Shown piece after piece: positions 58,497 to 62,530 of a stretch of 62,530 nucleotides of DNA. Each line of letters starts with the position of its first letter. Positions within the stretch are counted from its first letter, which is position 1. Under the pieces are notes generated by a model that did not search any database, was not told the origin of the DNA, and saw nothing but the letters and a program-made list of their open reading frames with translations. Location of the stretch: IMG/VR virus record IMGVR_UViG_3300045971_000057, positions 1 to 62,530 of that record, one strand, 5' to 3'. Both the position numbers and the translations under genes were made by a program. This DNA comes from a virus. Taxonomy: Duplodnaviria > Caudoviricetes.

Positions 58497-59173
58497 CCAT
58501 CAATGGTTTTGAGATCACCAAGGATCAGATTCTTGCCGCAATCATGGCACTTTTCTTCCTTGCCTTTGGTCTGTTTCTTGGAAAGAAAATATGGCAACCC
58601 AAAACCGTCACCGTGATAGAGAAAGCAGAACCAGCAATCAAGCAGAAGGATGGGAGCACAGTTCTGGAGAGAAAAGAGACAGACCCAAAGGCCAAGGCAG
58701 CAACCGATCTTCCTCCAGGGTCAAAGTTGAAGAGAAAGATCCAAGTGGTTGTGCGGCCGCCAGAGCCATCGTCCGACAATGCTCCAAAGATTCCAAACTC
58801 CAATGCCAGTGGATTGGTGGGCCCAGGTGGGGAGAATCCTTCATCGGAGACAAAGATCCCATCCAGGGATGTGACGGTTGATATAAGCGTGGTTGAGATG
58901 CCTGATGGAACAACTCGTGTAGTTGGGAAAACAAGCGATGGTTCAACCATTATTTCAGGATTGGATCAGCCTGTCGAACCAGTGACCCAGGTAAAGCCTC
59001 AGCCGAATGCGCTACACATCGCCTACAGGCCTTCAGGGACTGGATATGGGGTGCTTTACACCAGAGACTTCCTAAAAAGATTCATCGCTGGGGTCCAACT
59101 TCAGATGATCCAAGACCCAGGCATCCGAGGTATGCGCTCAGAAGCCTGGGTCAGCCTTGGCTATCGTTGGTGA
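58493..59173 (+). CDS. Membrane-anchored lysis protein (spanin-like)
   Basis: N-terminal TM, Pro-rich linker, beta-rich end SLGYRW. Confidence 0.45.
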   Translation: MTINGFEITKDQILAAIMALFFLAFGLFLGKKIWQPKTVTVIEKAEPAIKQKDGSTVLERKETDPKAKAATDLPPGSKLKRKIQVVVRPPEPSSDNAPKIPNSNASGLVGPGGENPSSETKIPSRDVTVDISVVEMPDGTTRVVGKTSDGSTIISGLDQPVEPVTQVKPQPNALHIAYRPSGTGYGVLYTRDFLKRFIAGVQLQMIQDPGIRGMRSEAWVSLGYRW

Positions 59174-59578
59174 TTAATGCTTGCGGTTGGAATAAATTAC
59201 ATCCCACACTTCATCAACCCAACCTTCATGGAAGGGAATCACGATGTGGTTTGTTCCTTGGATGCTCTTCTCAGCAGCCCTGGAATCATTCCCCCAGACG
59301 ATGATGACTTCATCAGTAGCAGTATGATGAAGGATCGTCAGGCACATGCCGCCATTCTTCCACTCAGTTTCCAACCACAGGGCCTGGAGTGGTTCATATC
59401 TGATCCTGTCTGCCTTGAAATTCTGCTTGGTCTCGATCCAGAATGAGAATCCCATCTTGATGCCATAGATGTCTGGGATGCCCACGGCTGTTGCTCTGCT
59501 TTCAACTCTCTCTGTCTTTACTCCATGCTCAGCCAGACCGTTGCGGAGTTTCTTGCTGAAGGCTGACTCACTCATCAC
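59174..59578 (-). CDS. VRR-NUC / Holliday-junction-resolvase-like nuclease
   Basis: ESAF, RVE, GIPD, WIETK, Q..W. Confidence 0.75.
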   Translation of the reverse strand: MMSESAFSKKLRNGLAEHGVKTERVESRATAVGIPDIYGIKMGFSFWIETKQNFKADRIRYEPLQALWLETEWKNGGMCLTILHHTATDEVIIVWGNDSRAAEKSIQGTNHIVIPFHEGWVDEVWDVIYSNRKH

Positions 59579-61281
59579 TACTCCATGAACATTGAGATGG
59601 GATCTTGGGTGACCATGTCTGCGATTGACTTCTTTTTGCGCAGTGCGTTGATGATCTTTCTGTCGATTGACTTCTCAGCCTCAAGGTCTGTATAGACAAC
59701 AGTGCCTTCTGTTCCAATTCGGTGGTTGCGATCTTCACCCTGGAGTCTTGTCTCAAGATCAAAGTCATTGCTGTAGTAGATGGCGTTGAGAGCAGCAGTG
59801 AGAGTCAACCCTGTGGACCCTGCCTTGTTGCTGATGAAAAACTTCTTCCGGTTTGACTTGTCCTGGAAGGCTTTGACTGCGAACTCACGATCCTTTGTGG
59901 ATGTTGCTCCATAGTATGTGAGGGCGTGCTCTCCAAACTTCTTTGCCATCACTTGGATGTCTGCTACAAATCTTGACCAGATGATGATTTTCCCATCGCC
60001 GGCATCCTCGATGACTTCATCCAAAGCCTCCATCCGTGGATTATGTGGAAGAGGTCTTGGTTGAGCCTCTGGGAACCAACCGCAGGCAATCTGCTGTAAC
60101 CGGAGTAGCTTGGTGATGGCGATTGCCTTGGCCATCTCTTGGCCTTTCTCAAGACCCAGTGTCTTCTCCAACTCATCGAGTGCGCTGGTGCGAACTTGGT
60201 CATACAGCATGCGCTGGAACTTCTCCATCTCAAATGGATGACGCTTGTAGGTCTTGTCTGGAAGGTCAAGGCAATCCTTCTTCAGAACTCGATGCGAATA
60301 TCCATCAATGCGAGCAATCAACTCAGGCAGGTTCTGGTAGGCAACAATCGAGCGATTCTCAAAGCCACCCATGACGCAGTATTCAGATCGGAAGGCTGTG
60401 AAGGTATCGTGGCCGATGATCATTGGGTCCAAGAATCGGAACTGGCTGAACAGATTCTCAACTCCACGAGTAACAGGAGTCCCAGTCAGGATGCGCCGAT
60501 ATTTTGCTTTGCGTCCAACCTTGGTCAGATACTTGGTTCGTTCAGCACCATGGGATTTGATCCGTTGAGACTCATCAACTACCATGATTGCCTTGGAATT
60601 TTTCAGCCAGTGCTCCATCAGAGCCTTGGCCTTGCTGCTGATGAATCCTTCTACATTGAAGGTTATGATGCGAAGCTTGCCTACCTCTTTGGTGGCTGCC
60701 TCCATCAACTCCAGATACTCTTTTGGCTTGAGGCTTGCTTTGTACACACCAGTCCACGCAGGAATATCTCCCAACAGATGCGCAGGGATCTCATTCAAGA
60801 TCCAGTTGGTGTGAACTCCATTCGGAGCAATAACGATGAGTGTATCCACTTCCTCTTTGGTGTAGAGGTAGGCTGTGGTGTCCACTACAACCTTGGATTT
60901 GCCACATCCCTGCTCATGGAATAGAGCAAACACACTCATGTCTCTGCTGATCAAGAAGGCTTTGAGTTGGTGGTCGAATGGTTTGGTCTTGAATGGATGG
61001 CCACCATCATCAAACCATTCTTCAATTTTCTTCTGCGCAGAAACAGTCTCACCTAGGATGCGAGCATCATGGAAGTCTTTGAGGTTGACTTCTGCTCCTT
61101 CAATCCATTGTGCCTCTGGCCAGTTCTTGATGATGTAGGCAATCGAAGCACCAGTGGGTTTGAAAATAAATTTGCGCTCAATCCACTTGTGTCGGCCAGG
61201 CAATGCGCTGAGCAAAGCAAAGTTGGGACCCACCTTACACTCAACAACCAAATCCCCAGCCTTGAAGGGTCGAATTATCAC
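59578..61281 (-). CDS. SF2 SNF2-like helicase
   Basis: EQGCGKS, VVDESQRIK, LTGTP, GSTGLTL, QGEDRNHRIG; GTG start 61281. Confidence 0.9.
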   Translation of the reverse strand: MIIRPFKAGDLVVECKVGPNFALLSALPGRHKWIERKFIFKPTGASIAYIIKNWPEAQWIEGAEVNLKDFHDARILGETVSAQKKIEEWFDDGGHPFKTKPFDHQLKAFLISRDMSVFALFHEQGCGKSKVVVDTTAYLYTKEEVDTLIVIAPNGVHTNWILNEIPAHLLGDIPAWTGVYKASLKPKEYLELMEAATKEVGKLRIITFNVEGFISSKAKALMEHWLKNSKAIMVVDESQRIKSHGAERTKYLTKVGRKAKYRRILTGTPVTRGVENLFSQFRFLDPMIIGHDTFTAFRSEYCVMGGFENRSIVAYQNLPELIARIDGYSHRVLKKDCLDLPDKTYKRHPFEMEKFQRMLYDQVRTSALDELEKTLGLEKGQEMAKAIAITKLLRLQQIACGWFPEAQPRPLPHNPRMEALDEVIEDAGDGKIIIWSRFVADIQVMAKKFGEHALTYYGATSTKDREFAVKAFQDKSNRKKFFISNKAGSTGLTLTAALNAIYYSNDFDLETRLQGEDRNHRIGTEGTVVYTDLEAEKSIDRKIINALRKKKSIADMVTQDPISMFME

Positions 61282-61475
61282 GCAGAACTCCTTGGCGAAT
61301 AAATCACGAATTATCAGGCAACCTAGGCGTGGATTTTTCGGGCACCAGGCGGTATCCCTATCGACTGGAGGCATTTCATCGATCCTAGGTGCCTCTGCAG
61401 CGATTCAGTGGGCCTTTTGGACCCATATCCCGACACCCGAATCTAGGCCTGGGGAATCGGGCCTGAAAGGAAGGC

Positions 61476-61507
61476 AAAAAGAAAGGGCCACCCCATAGGG
61501 GCAGCCC
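61476..61507 (-). terminator. Rho-independent terminator
   Basis: GGGCUGCCCC-UAU-GGGGUGGCCC followed by UUUCUUUUU. Confidence 0.75.
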
Positions 61508-61524
61508 AATTCCTTTCGACCCAC

Positions 61525-62310
61525 CTACACCATCTCGATCAGACCACTCTGGACCATCTCGATGATATGCTTCTTGGCGCCACCCTTGGAGATGAAATCT
61601 TCAAAGGTCATTTTGCTCTTGGCCAGCTCAAAAGCATCCCAGCGAGCAGATCCCTTCATCCGAGGATTGACCTCAGTCAGACGATTGATGGACTTGCCTG
61701 TGAAGTTCATCCTCTCACCAACGGTGCGCTTGACCCAAGCAGTTCCATCAGGATTGGTCCTGGGAGCCTTGGGCTCACGCTTGATCCTTCCAAGGCCAGC
61801 AGAAGGATCGCCATCAGCCACCTTACACGACAGACCCAGCTCAGTGAGGTGGAGATAATAGAACTTGTCCTCAGTTGAGACGCTGTCGTCTTCAATATCA
61901 ATCAACTTCTGTTCAGAGAACTTGTCGCACTGGGCAACCACCTTTGCGGTGGGCACCCCAAGCAGTTCTGCGACATCAGCAGTACTCGTTGTACAATCCT
62001 TCTTGGCCTTCTTGACCAACTCACGAATCGAAGCAAGCATCGGATGAGCTTCAAACTCACCAGGAACCTTTGCGGCCTTCACTGGAGCGGGTGGAGGATT
62101 CAACTTCGCAACCAGAACCTGGACAACATCATCCTTGACTCCGATCTTCTTGAGCAGAACAACAAGCTTGTCGCCCATTCCCATCGTCAGGGAATCAACT
62201 TTTGCTTCCGCAGTCCTGCGGTCACGAAACTTCACAACAGGCGTCTTGGCCACAGCGTTGTGAACTTTGAGAAGCTCACCAGTGGTCAGAAGGGTGACGA
62301 TATTAGTCAC
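61525..62310 (-). CDS. Multi-domain DNA-binding-like protein (winged helix plus C-terminal NP-x-R/K-GS domain)
   Basis: STADVAELLGV...LIDI...LTELG; C-terminal INRLTEVNPRMKGSARWDAF...MTFEDFISKGG. Confidence 0.7.
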   Translation of the reverse strand: MTNIVTLLTTGELLKVHNAVAKTPVVKFRDRRTAEAKVDSLTMGMGDKLVVLLKKIGVKDDVVQVLVAKLNPPPAPVKAAKVPGEFEAHPMLASIRELVKKAKKDCTTSTADVAELLGVPTAKVVAQCDKFSEQKLIDIEDDSVSTEDKFYYLHLTELGLSCKVADGDPSAGLGRIKREPKAPRTNPDGTAWVKRTVGERMNFTGKSINRLTEVNPRMKGSARWDAFELAKSKMTFEDFISKGGAKKHIIEMVQSGLIEMV

Positions 62311-62385
62311 AAGTGCTCCATTTCTTTGGCTGCCTCAGGCAGCTGTGGTTTTGGGGAGTGATTCGTGTCTTGCTGCCTGCTACTT

Positions 62386-62530
62386 GAGTTCGATGTTCCC
62401 ACGGTGGAGGTTGGCGCGCAGATCCTTGATCGACCCACCCTTCTCAAGATACTTCCCAACCGTCATACCGTTGGTGATCATCGCCCAATTCTCGTGGGCC
62501 TTGGTTCCTTCTCGGCTGGGGTTGATCTTC
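62386..62530. repeat. Terminal direct repeat / circular overlap, right copy
   Basis: Matches 1-145 with one mismatch. Confidence 0.95.

Noticed and set aside
693-60105. AACCGGAG explained as a restriction site or amino-acid bias
   Set aside because: Phages deplete rather than enrich restriction targets; the motif is asymmetric and occurs in all frames on both strands
1-62530. tRNA genes, integrase/repressor, CRISPR array, 7-deazaguanine or Z-genome genes
   Set aside because: No supporting motifs recognised by eye; tRNAscan and HMM searches would be needed to exclude them formally

Overview
The window is an apparently complete, circularly permuted ~62.4 kb genome of a long-tailed dsDNA phage (siphovirus-type), with bases 1-145 repeated at 62386-62530. 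The minus-strand arm (59.2-62.5 kb plus 1-25.6 kb) carries small early genes, its own DnaE-type polymerase, a DEDDh exonuclease, three helicases, a primase and a tightly coupled nucleotide/sugar-modification-like operon (FAD oxidoreductase, SAM methyltransferase, variant ThyX, HAD phosphatase, alpha-helical pyrophosphatase-like protein, GT-A glycosyltransferase). The plus-strand arm (26.3-59.2 kb) carries the packaging, head, lambda-like tail and lysis genes. I saw no integrase, repressor, tRNA or CRISPR array. The host is probably Gram-negative (inference from the lambda-like tail tip and lysis cassette). The most notable signals are: (1) a complete type II hammerhead ribozyme with an 8-bp pseudoknot directly against the RBS of an early gene; (2) an asymmetric 8-mer, AACCGGAG, with at least 26 exact copies against about 2 expected, often in inverted pairs, in a genome that also encodes three paralogous small basic DNA-binding-like proteins; (3) a candidate undescribed DNA hypermodification pathway; (4) a stand-alone ADP-ribosyltransferase in the head module. 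All assignments come from motifs read by eye; no searches were run.
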